Assembly: GCA_002269645.1 (NCBI GenBank)
Contig: NIVC01003154.1
Coordinates: 52,235 to 116,234 of the forward strand
DNA length: 64,000 nt
Source of the DNA: Macrostomum lignano
Taxonomy: Eukaryota
Direction: 5' to 3'
The notes under the pieces are model-generated. The model did not search any database and was not told where the DNA came from. It worked only from the letters and a program-made list of their open reading frames with translations. Each line of letters opens with the position of its first letter. Within the stretch, counting starts at the first letter, position 1. Shown here piece by piece: positions 44,811 through 55,700 of the stretch. Position numbers and translations under genes: made by a program.

Positions 44811-44990
44811 AATAAGAGTTAGTGCTTCTGCCAGTATTGAAATTGTATTGCAATGAGTTTTCTATGATTTTTAGAAATAGACGAAAAATTCCCTAATCGA
44901 AGCATCGACTTATTTCAACTTTCACCACTGATTCCTTATGCAAGGTTTTATTGCCACTTTTTGTGTAACCCCAGCAAACAGTCGACTTAC

Positions 44991-45141
44991 TGCAAACACG
45001 GTACCACTTTATCGAAATATTTTTCAACTTAATTATTTGCTCAAAGCTTCGAAGCCATGTTAGGTTTTGCATCAAGATCTCGATCTGTTTGCCATGTAAA
45101 AAATAAATATTATAGCCCTGAACTGTAGAAGTGGTTGCCAT
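44991..45141 (-). CDS. Candidate first coding exon of TRPA1
   Basis: Open frame from ATG 45141 (or ATG 45072) to a strong donor A|gtaagt at 44991/44990, phase 1, matching the phase-1 acceptor at 43307. IYFLHGKQIEILM loosely resembles human TRPA1 ANK1 (FLHYAAAEGQIELM). AT-rich and unconfirmed. Confidence 0.4.
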
Positions 45142-45147
45142 GGTAAC
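45134..45147. promoter_or_regulatory. RFX X-box motif GTTGCCATGGTAAC
   Basis: 14-bp near-palindrome matching the X-box consensus GTTNCCATRGNAAC, at the presumed 5' end of TRPA1. Confidence 0.55.
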
Positions 45148-45294
45148 TCAAGACGAAACTGAAAAATGTTTTTAGAAACCTTCATCTATTTTTTCGCGGC
45201 GGGGAAATGTTGATACAGGGTGAAAGCAAGACACGAGAACTACTTAGTTATTCAGTCTGAACTTTCATAGCTGTAAGGGTTTTCGTAAGCTTCG

Positions 45295-45627
45295 GATCTG
45301 AAGGCTTTTAGGAGCTGAAGGCTTTTAGGAGCTGAAGGCTTTTAGGAGCTGAAGGCTTTTAGGAGCTGAAGGCTTTTAGGAGCTGAAGGCTTTTAGGAGC
45401 TGAAGGCTTTTAGGAGCTGAAGGCTTTTAGGAGCTGAAGGTTCTTAGGAGCTGAAGGTTTTTAGGAGCTGAAGGTTCTTAGGAGCTGAAGGTTTTTAGGA
45501 GCTGAAGGTTTTTAGGAGCTGGAGGTTTTTAGGAGCTGAAAGCTTTTAGGAGCTGAAGGCTTTTAGTAGCTGAAGGTTCTTAGGAGCTGAAGGTTCTTAA
45601 GATCTGAAGGTTTTTAGGATCTGAAGG
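45295..45627. repeat. 17-bp minisatellite
   Basis: TTTTAGGAGCTGAAGGC units. Confidence 0.95.
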
Positions 45628-46181
45628 TTCTCTACGAGTATCTGTATCTGCTAGGTTCTCTACGAGTATCTGTATCTGCTAGGTTCTCTACGAGTATCTG
45701 TATCTGCTAGGTTCTCTACGAGTATCTGTATCTGCTAGGTTCTCTACGAGTATCTGTATCTGCTAGGTTCTCTACGAGCATCTGTATCTGCTAGGTTCTC
45801 TACGAGTATCTGTATCTGCTAGGTTCTCTACGAGTATCTGTATCTGCTAGGTTCTCTACGAGTATCTGTATCTGCTAGGTTCTCTACGAGTATCTGTATC
45901 TGCTAGGTTCTCTACGAGTATCTGTATCTGCTAGGTTCTCTACGAGTATCTGTATCTGCTAGGTTCTCTACGAGTATCTGTATCTGCTAGGTTCTCTACG
46001 AGTATCTGTATCTGCTAGGTTCTCTACGAGTATCTGTATCTGCTAGGTTCTCTACGAGTATCTGTATCTGCTAGGTTCTCTACGAGTATCTGTATCTGCT
46101 AGGTTCTCTACGAGTATCTGTATCTGCTAGGTTCTCTACGAGTATCTGTATCTGCTAGGTTCTCTACGAGTATCTGTATCT
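45628..46181. repeat. Nearly homogeneous 28-bp minisatellite
   Basis: TTCTCTACGAGTATCTGTATCTGCTAGG, ~20 copies. Confidence 0.95.
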
Positions 46182-46274
46182 GGCCCATGAGGTAAAAGGT
46201 CTGCCGCGACTCCTGGTTTAGGCACACGAAATTCAAGTGCACGGGTCAAGTTCTTCTTGCCCATTTTTAAATAT

Positions 46275-46520
46275 AAGAATCAAGTTGCCAGCCCTCCGGA
46301 TCGTCGAGATATTCAACGATTCTGCCAGAAGGTCGGATTTTTCCCATAAGCACCAGTGTATTCAAATACATGCCTGTGCGCCAATCAGCACTGAGCCTCA
46401 GTGCAGCCTTGCCAAGCCTCCAAATTTCATCAGCACGTCGACCACATGTGTCTGCATCAGCTCTGCCTACGTTGGTCACTGGCTTTCACCCAGGCGGAGC
46501 TTCTGGACCTTCAACAGGTT
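46275..46520. repeat. Second copy of the dispersed repeat at 8655-8882 (opposite orientation)
   Basis: AAGAATCAAGTTGCCAGCCCTCCGGATCGTCGAGATATTCAACGATTCTG and GCAGCCTTGCCAAGCCTCCAAAT..CAGCACGTCGACCACATGTGTCTGCATCAGC are shared. Confidence 0.8.
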
Positions 46521-48204
46521 GGTGCAACTCAGATGATCAGTTATTCTCGACATTAAATCGTAGGCGAACCTCAACTGCTGGGCATCCTCAAATAGTCTCT
46601 CAAGCATGCAGCCATCGTCCTGGCACCGTCGGCACGTTCAGCAGGTGGCACTGGCAAGAATTCAAATGAATTCCAATTTTTAATCATCAGGTATGTACAG
46701 TTGAAATGAGTTTAAACTCAATTGAAGTCAATTGATTGCGATTAAATTACCAACAGAACTCCTGTCTCTAGGCCAGGACCTCGTGGGGACAGGACAGGCC
46801 TCACAACAAGAGATTCGCTTCAGTCTCTTCTTGCTACTCTTCAGTAGTCAGTCTCTCATATTGATAGTTGTTGTTGTTGTTAAGCCAGGGGGGGGGGGCT
46901 AACCGCGGATCAGCCCGAAAGGGGGCTCTACCGCAGGGATCTATCTGTGGGCCATACTGCCAGGGGCATGTAGCCCGAGAGGCCACAATTGGAACCAGAG
47001 CTCAGGAGTCTGGTGAGAACATGGAGTATTGGTGCTACTAGCCCAAACCTACGGTACAAGACACCGCCAACCCAAAAAGTGGAATCAGGGACGGTTCTAG
47101 GACCGAGTCCACCCAGGCCACCACCCAGCAGACAAGTCTTTGGGAGTGCGCAGAAAAAGTTGGAATTAGCGAAAAAAGCTTGGGTTACTACTGAAAGCGG
47201 TCCGAGAGCGGGGAAACCCCGAAGTCTACAGAAAAGGCTTTAATATTGGAGCGAGTCTGGAAGGCTTGTTTCCGAGGGCGAGTCTCCTATCAAGAGGTAA
47301 AAGTAGACAAAAACCCTCCTATAGGGCTGCAAGCCACAAGGGTATCGCCTATCCAGCTCAATATTGGAGGCCAGGCCAAGGGGTCGGGAAGGGGCACAAG
47401 GAGCAAGAGGACCCGGACCTAACCGGTATCCCCGATTCGGGACGAACATCCAACCCAGGACACCAATCCACTGTCAGGATGAGAGCCAGAGACACTATTT
47501 CATATTCATAATTTCAACCAGTTACAGATAAGTTTCTCAGACAGCAAAGAAATATTTGCAAGTCAAGGCAGGCCATCCACAAGACGATTGTCTTAATTGT
47601 CACAAAAAAGGAAAAAAAGCAATGGTTTATCAGACAAAAAAGCTCGCATGTTTTACATCCCTTAGAATACCAGTAGGTGTAGTAAAAACAATATATTTAT
47701 TGTGCATACATAATTCATACATACTGTCTCGACAGGCCATGCATATCTTTATTGTTTACATCGAATAGGAGAGAAGGAGAGCTCGGTCGTAACAGGCTTG
47801 ACCTGAATAAGCCCAAGTACTGCTAGTTACAGTGTTCGCAAACACCCAGTTTTTATCTCTATGACAACGACTGAACACCCGAGGGTTTTGGCCATAGACA
47901 TTTTTATTACTAAATTCAAACAATCTGCAATCTGTAGACAGAATAATTGAAAACAAAGAGAAACATCACATTACAAACGGAAACTAATTCTAATAGCTGG
48001 GGGCACCGTGAATTCCGGCACAGATGAAAGTATAAAATAAATTCAATTTTTACGCATTTAAACAAACAATGCAGAAAGGTAAGCGATAGGAAAAATGGAT
48101 ATAAACTGCAGTTTTTTTCTTTTTTAACATTAAATGATAATTCACTATTCTTTAGTTGGCCATACCGAAGTTAGTACTGCGTTCGTGTGTCAGACATATT
48201 TTAA

Positions 48205-49405
48205 GCCTGTGTCAGCGATGTTTGACAGTCTGTGTCAGCGATGTTTGACATTCTGTGTCAGCGATGTTTGACAGTCTGTGTCAGTGATGTTTGACAGTCT
48301 GTGTCAGTGATGTCTGACAGTCTGTGTCAGTAATGTTTGACAGTCTGTGTCAGTAATGTTTGATAGTCTGTGTCAGTGATGCTTGACAGTCTTTGTCAGT
48401 GATGTTTGACAGTCTGTGTCAGTGATGTCTGACAGTCTGTGTCAGTGATTTTTGATAGTCTGTGTCAGTGATGCTTGACATTCTGTGTCAGTGATGTCTG
48501 ACAGTCTGCGTCAGTGATGTTTGACAGTCTGTGTCAGTGATGTTTGACAGTCTGTGTCAGTGATGTTTGACAGTCTGTGTCAGTAATGTTTGATAGTCTG
48601 TGTCAGTGATGTTTGACAGTCTGTGTCAGTGATGTTTGACAGTCTGTGTCAGTGATGTTTGACAGTCTGTGTCAGTAATGTTTGATAGTCTGTGTCAGTG
48701 ATGTTTGACAGTCTGTGTCAGTAATGTTGGACATTCTGTGTCAGTGATGTTTGACAGTCTGTGTCAGTGATGTCTCACAGTCTGTGTCAGAGATGCTTGA
48801 CAGTCTGTGTCATTGATACTTGATAGTCTGTGTCAGTAATGTTTGACATTCTGTGTCAGTGATGTTTTACAGTCTGTGTCAGTGATGTTGGACATTCTGT
48901 GTCAGTAATGTCTGACAGTCTGTGTCAGAGATGCTTGACAGTCTGTGTCAGTGATGTTTTACAGTCTGTGTCAGTGATGTCTGACAGTCTGTGTCAGTGA
49001 TGTTTGACAGTCTGTGTCAGAGATGCTTGACAGTCTGTGTCAGTGATGTTTTACAGTCTGTGTCAGTGATGTCTGACAGTCTGTGTCAGAGATGCTTGAC
49101 AGTCTGTGTCAGTGATGTTTTACAGTCTGTGTCAGTGATGTCTGACAGTCTGTGTCAGTGATGTTTTACAGTCTGTGTCAGTGATACTTGACAGTCTGTG
49201 TCAGAGATGCTTGATAGTCTGTGTCAGTGATACTTGACAGTCTGTGTCAGTGACTTGACAGTCTGTGTCAGTGATACTTGACAGTCTGTGTCAGTGACTT
49301 GACAGTCTGTGTCAGTGATACTTGACAGTCTGTGTCAGTGACTTGACAGTCTGTGTCAGTGATGTCTGACAGTCTGTGTCAGAGATGCTTGACAGTCTGT
49401 GTCAG
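48205..49405. repeat. 23-bp minisatellite 3' of UBE3A
   Basis: TGTGTCAGTGATGTTTGACAGTC units. Confidence 0.95.
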
Positions 49406-49780
49406 ACACAATCAATCGCCAGTCTGTAACATCTGTCAGACAAAAATGATATAGAAAACATAGAAATCTATCTGACAGCTGACACTAGATGAAATTTACA
49501 CAAATCATATCTCAATGCCAGTAATGGCGAAGTGTGGGTAAAAAAAGCATTATTATTAAGCAAAACTAAAATCCAGAGCCACATTGGGTTAAGGTTAAGA
49601 AAAGTTGGCGCATTAAAAAAATTTAGTCACATATTTTAAAGCTGATCATGAGCAAAACTACTGACAACAGTAGTATCTGTATGATGTCAGTCTGAGCCCA
49701 CAGACAATAATATTTATAACTCTCTCATTTATCAGATTAGCACCCTGACAGTTTAGCCAACACAAGCATGAGGATTGATT

Positions 49781-52700
49781 TCACAGCATGCCGAAGCCTT
49801 TGCTGTTGGCTATTGCTTTCAGTAGGCGGTCTTGCAGCTTGTCGTAACTGCTGTACTCGGGCAGTAACAGCACGTTGAAGCACGTGTGAGCAGTCGGCAG
49901 TCTGTCAATGGAATTGAGAAAGGATGGCTCTTAACATGCTACTGAAAGTGATTGAGGACATTGTCAGACATGAATATCAGATCACACTACTGACAGTAGA
50001 TTGAGGACATTGTCAGACATGAATATTAGATCACACTACTGACAGTAGATTGAGGACATTGTCAGACATGAATAACAGATCACACTACTGACAGTAGATT
50101 GAGGATATTGTCAGACATGAATAGCAGATCACACTACTGACAGTAGATTGAGGACATTGTCAGACATAAATAACAGATCACACTACTGACAGTAGATTGA
50201 GGATATTGTCAGACATGAATATCAGATCACACTACTGACAGTAGATTGAGGATATTGTCAGACATAAATAACAGATCACACTACTGACAGTTGATTGAGG
50301 AGATTGTCAGACATAAATAACAGATCACACTACTGACAGTTGATTGAGGACATTGTCAGACATAAATAACAGATCACACTACTGACAGTTGATTGAGGAC
50401 ATTGTCAGACATAAATAACAGATCACACTACTGACAGTAGATTGAGGACATTGTCAGACATAAATAACAGATCACACAACTGACAGTAGATTGAGGATAT
50501 TGTCAGACATAAATAACAGATCACACTACTGACAGTAGATAGAGGACATTGTCAGACATAAATAACAGATCACACTACTGACAGTTGATTGAGGACATTG
50601 TCAGACATAAATAACAGATCACACTACTGACAGTACTCACAAGCCTGCGCACTCACCTATCAGTGTCCGGTCCCTGCCTAGCAATGATAAACTTCATTTT
50701 CTTCATTCCACCGAGGGGCACACGGTCCGAACCGGTGACGAACTCAAGCAGTAGCCTCTTGTCAACGTCTGACATTGTGTGAACCAGCTTCCAGAAGTGC
50801 GCAATGATCGGCGAGTTTTCGGTGTAGCCGCCGTCATATTGAGTGTACTTCTGCAGCTCGTGAAAGTTGTAGGTCTGAGAAGCGAAGTTGAGTAAATACG
50901 GCTATTAGACTGGCTGTGTCAGACTCATGGGTGAGCTGGCTGTGCCAGACTCATGGGTGAGCTGGCTGTGTCAGACTCGGGTGAGCTGGCTGTGTCAGAC
51001 TCATGGGTGAGCTGGCTGTGTCAGACTCGGGTGAGCTGGCTGTGTCAGACTCGGGTGAGCTGGCTGTGTCAGACTCATGGGTGAGCTGGCTGTGCCAGAC
51101 TCATGGGTGAGCTGGCTGTGTCAGACTCATGGGTGAGCTGGCTGTGTCAGACTCGGGTGAGCTGGCTGTCAGACTCGGGTGAGCTGGCTGTGTCAGACTC
51201 GTGGGTGAGTTGGCTCAGGCTGTGTCACACTCATGGGTGGACTGGCTGGTCGACAGCTTGCGTCAAACATATTGGGTTTGACAGCTTGGGTCAGACAGAG
51301 CTTGACAGCGTGTCAGACCGAGCTTGACAGCTTGCGTCAGCAAGAAGTTTACAGCTTGTGTCAGACAGAGCTTGACAGCTTGTATCAGACAGAAGTTGAC
51401 AGCTTGTGTCAGACAGAAGCTTACAGCTTGTGTCAGACAGAGCTTGACAGCTTGTATCAGACAGAAGTTGACAGCTTGTATCAGACAGAAGTTGACAGCT
51501 TGTGTCAGCCAGAAGTTGACAGCTTGTGTCAGACAGAAGTTGACAGCTTGTGTCAGCCAGAAGTTGACAGCTTGTGTCAGACAGAAGTTGACAGCTTGTG
51601 TCAGACAGAAGTTGACAGCTTGTGTCAGCCAGAAGTTGACAGCTTGTGTCAGACAGAAGTTGACAGCTTGTATCAGACAGAAGTTGACAGTTTGTGTCAG
51701 ACAGAGCTTGACAGCTGGATCGAAATCGAATAGCTTTATCAAAAGAAGCAATAGCAGACAAGCATTCACCTTGCTGCCGCAGACCAGCAGTTCTATCTCG
51801 GTTGGGGCAAACAGTTGCAGCAATAGCGAGTTATCAATCACCAAATGGAAGCCTTTACAGAAAGCGTTGAACTGTTTCTCAATCATTCCATTGAGCAGGA
51901 AGTCCGAGTAGAGGTCCACGAATTCCTGCAAATTTTTTAGGTAACAGTGCACCCTGATCCTAACGACACCTTATCTATTAATTAGCTCTGTAGATACCCA
52001 TGTACCCAATACCACCAGTTAATTACCTCTGTAGATACCCATGTACCCAATTCCACCACCAGTTAATCACCTCTGTAGATACCCATGTACCCAATTCCAC
52101 CAGTTAATTACCTCTGTAGATACCCATGTACCCAATTCCACCACCAGTTAATCACCTCTGTAGATACCCATGTACCCAATTCCACCACCAGTTAATCACC
52201 TCTGTAGATACCCATGTACCCAATTCCACCATCAGTTAATTACCTCTGTAGATACCCATGCACCCAATAACTACCAGTTAATTACCTCTGTAGATACCCA
52301 TGTACCCAATTCCACCACCAGTTAATCACCTCTGTAGATACCCATGTACCCAATTCCACCATCAGTTAATTACCTCTGTAGATACCCATGTACCCAATAA
52401 CTACCAGTTAATTACCTCTGTAGATACCCATGTACCCAATAACTACCAATTACCTCTGCAGATACTCGTGTACCCAAAAGACTAACAGAGATACCCATTT
52501 GTTTAGCAGGTAAAATATCTACCTGTCTGTTCTCCTTAGTAACGGGAATATTGGCCCCGTCAGGTTTCAGTTCGTGATTCAGGGTGCTGCCAAATGCGTC
52601 CTGAAAGCTGATTGAGAAGCAGCCGAAAATGTCTTCAAAGCTGTCGCCATCGTATTCCAGCAGCTGCTGCATGCCCTGGGCCAGCTCCTGTTGGGGTATT

Positions 52701-55700
52701 GATGGCGCGGGAAGTGGAAATATCTGCGTTGTCAACTTATTGATTCGCCGCCAGATTCTCCTTTTCCCAGCCGAAAACAAATTCCCGGTCCCGTCCATCC
52801 ATCAAGAAAAATTCCCCATTCCATCAACCAAGAGAAATTCCCCAGTCCATCAATCAAAAGAAATTCCCCAGTCCATCAACCGGGAGAAATTCCCCAGTCT
52901 ACCAATCAAGAGCGATTCCCCAGACCATCAACACAAAGAAATTCCCCAGTCCATCTACCAAGAGAAATTCCCTAGTCCATCTACAAAGAGAAATTCCCCA
53001 GTCCATCTACAAAGAGAAATTCCCCAGTCCATCAACCAAGAGAAATTTCCCAGTCCATCAACCAAGAGAAATTCCCAGACCATCAACCAAGAGAAATTCC
53101 CCAGTCCATCAACCAAGAGAAATTCCCCAGTCCATCAACCAAGAGAAATACCCCAGTCCATCAACCAAGAGAAATACCCCAGTCCATCAACCAAGAGAAA
53201 TTCCCCAGTCCATTAACCGAGAGAAATTCCCCAGTCCATCTACAAAGAGAAATTCCCCAGTCCATCTACAAAGAGAAATTCCCCAGTCCATCTACCAAGA
53301 GAAATTCCCCAGTCCATCAACCGAGAGAAATTCCCCAGTCCATCAACCGAGAGAAATTCCCCAGTCCATCTACAAAGAGAAATTCCCCAGTCCATCAACC
53401 AAGAGAAATTCCCCAGTCCATCTACAAAGAGAAATTCCCCAGTCCATCAACCAAGAGAAATTTCCCAGTCCATCAACCAAGAGAAATTTCCCAGTCCATC
53501 AACCAAGAGAAATTCCCCAGTCCATCAACCAAGAGAAATTCCCCAGTCCATCTACAAAGAGAAATTCCCCAGTCCATCAACCAAGAGAAATACCTCAGTC
53601 CATCAACCAAGAGAAATTCCCCAGTCCATCAACCAAGAGAAATTTCCCAGTCCATCAACCAAGAGAAATTCCCAGACCATCAACCAAGAGAAATTCCCCA
53701 GTCCATCAACCAAGAGAAATTCCCCAGTCCATCAACCAAGAGAAATACCCCAGTCAATCAACCAAGAGAAATACCCCAGTCCATCAACCAAGAGAAATTC
53801 CCCAGTCCATTAACCGAGAGAAATTCCCCAGTCCATCTACAAAGAGAAATTCCCCAGTCCATCTACAAAGAGAAATTCCCCAGTCCATCTACCAAGAGAA
53901 ATTCCCCAGTCCATCAACCGAGAGAAATTCCCCAGTCCATCAACCGAGAGAAATTCCCCAGTCCATCAACCAAGAGAAATTCCCCAGTCCATCAACCAAG
54001 AGAAATTTCCCAGTCCATCAACCAAGAGAAATTTCCCAGTCCATCAACCAAGAGAAATTCCCCAGTCCATCAACCAAGAGAAATTCCCCAGTCCATCTAC
54101 AAAGAGAAATTCCCCAGTCCATCAACCAAGAGAAATTCCCCAGTCCATCAACCAAGAGAAATTCCCCAGTCCATCAACCAAGAGAAATTCCCCAGTCCAT
54201 CAACCAAGAGAAATTCCCCAGTCCATCAACCAAGAGAAATTCCCCAGTCCATCAACCAAGAGAAATTCCCCAGTCCATCAACCAAGAGAAATTCCCCAGT
54301 CCATCAACCAAGAGAAATTCCCCAGTCCATCTACAAAGAGAAATTCCCCAGTCCATCAACCAAGAGAAATTCCCCAGTCCATCAACCAAGAGAAATTCCC
54401 CAGTCCATCAACCAAGAGAAATTCCCCAGTCCATCAACCAAGAGAAATTCCCCAGTCCATCAACCAAGAGAAATTCCCCAGTCCATCAACCAAGAGAAAT
54501 TCCCCAGTCCATCAACCAAGAGAAATTCCCCAGTCCATCAACCAAGAGAAATTCCCCAGTCCATCAAACAATCAATTCTCTCACCGGATGCGATCCTTTG
54601 AGATCGTGAAAAGCGCCCAGCTTGCCAGTGAGTTTTTTATACAACACCGTTGGGAACCGCACATCCAGGATGATGTTGTTGTAGATGGCCAAACCCAACA
54701 GCATGCCAACCAGCACGAACTCCCGTTCGCAGTCCTCAGAGCCCGGATAGAACCAGAAGGACTGGGTGCGCTGGTTCAAGCTGAACATACCATAGTCCGG
54801 ATTGAATATCTGTTCGATAATCAGCTGGAAAAATTCCTTTGACAAGCCGCCCTCATCGATGCCCTGTTCGCCTTCGAATTCGATAACCAGCTGCTTTTTG
54901 AGATCGCCTGGAGACTCCAGGCCAACCATTTCCAGGGTCAGGAGAGCGTCCTGGCAAACAATGTTATTGGGAGAATTAACTCAGTGGGTTCGAACATGCA
55001 ACCACTTTACCAAAAATTTACAAAGGACCATAGACAGTCCATCATCAAAGCTAGACAAAGGACCATGGGCAGTCCATCATCATCAAAGCTACAGACAAAG
55101 GACCATAGACAGTCCACCATCATCAAGGCTACAGACAAAGGACCATAGACAGTCTACCATCATCAAAGCTACAGACAAAGGACCATAGACAGTCCACCAT
55201 CATCAAAGCTACAAACAAAGGACCATAGACAGTCTACCATCATCAAAGCTACAAAGGACCATAGACAGTCTACCATCATCAAAGCTACAGACAAAGGACC
55301 ATAGACAGTCTACCATCATCAAGGCTACAGACAGAGGACCATAGACAGTCCACCATCATCAAGGCTACAGACAAAGGACCATAGACAGTCTACCATCATC
55401 AAAGCTACAGACAAAGGACCATAGACAGTCTACCATCATCAAAGCTACAGACAAAGGACCATAGACAGTCTACCATCATCAAAGCTACAGACAAAGGACC
55501 ATAGGCAGTCTACCATCATCAAAGCTACAGACAAAGGACCATAGACAGTCTACCATCATCAAAGCTACAGACAAAGGACCATAGACAGTCTACCATCATC
55601 AAGGCTACAGACAGAGGACCATAGACAGTACACTATCATCAAGGCTACAGACCTGCACAATATTGGCCCTGCGAACGTTAATCCTCAGGTACATATTGTG

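Noticed and set aside
51263-51769. LTQAVNFC repeat extension of the UBE3A exon 6 ORF
   Set aside because: Intronic 24-bp array after the donor at 51769; the HECT sequence resumes at 50874.
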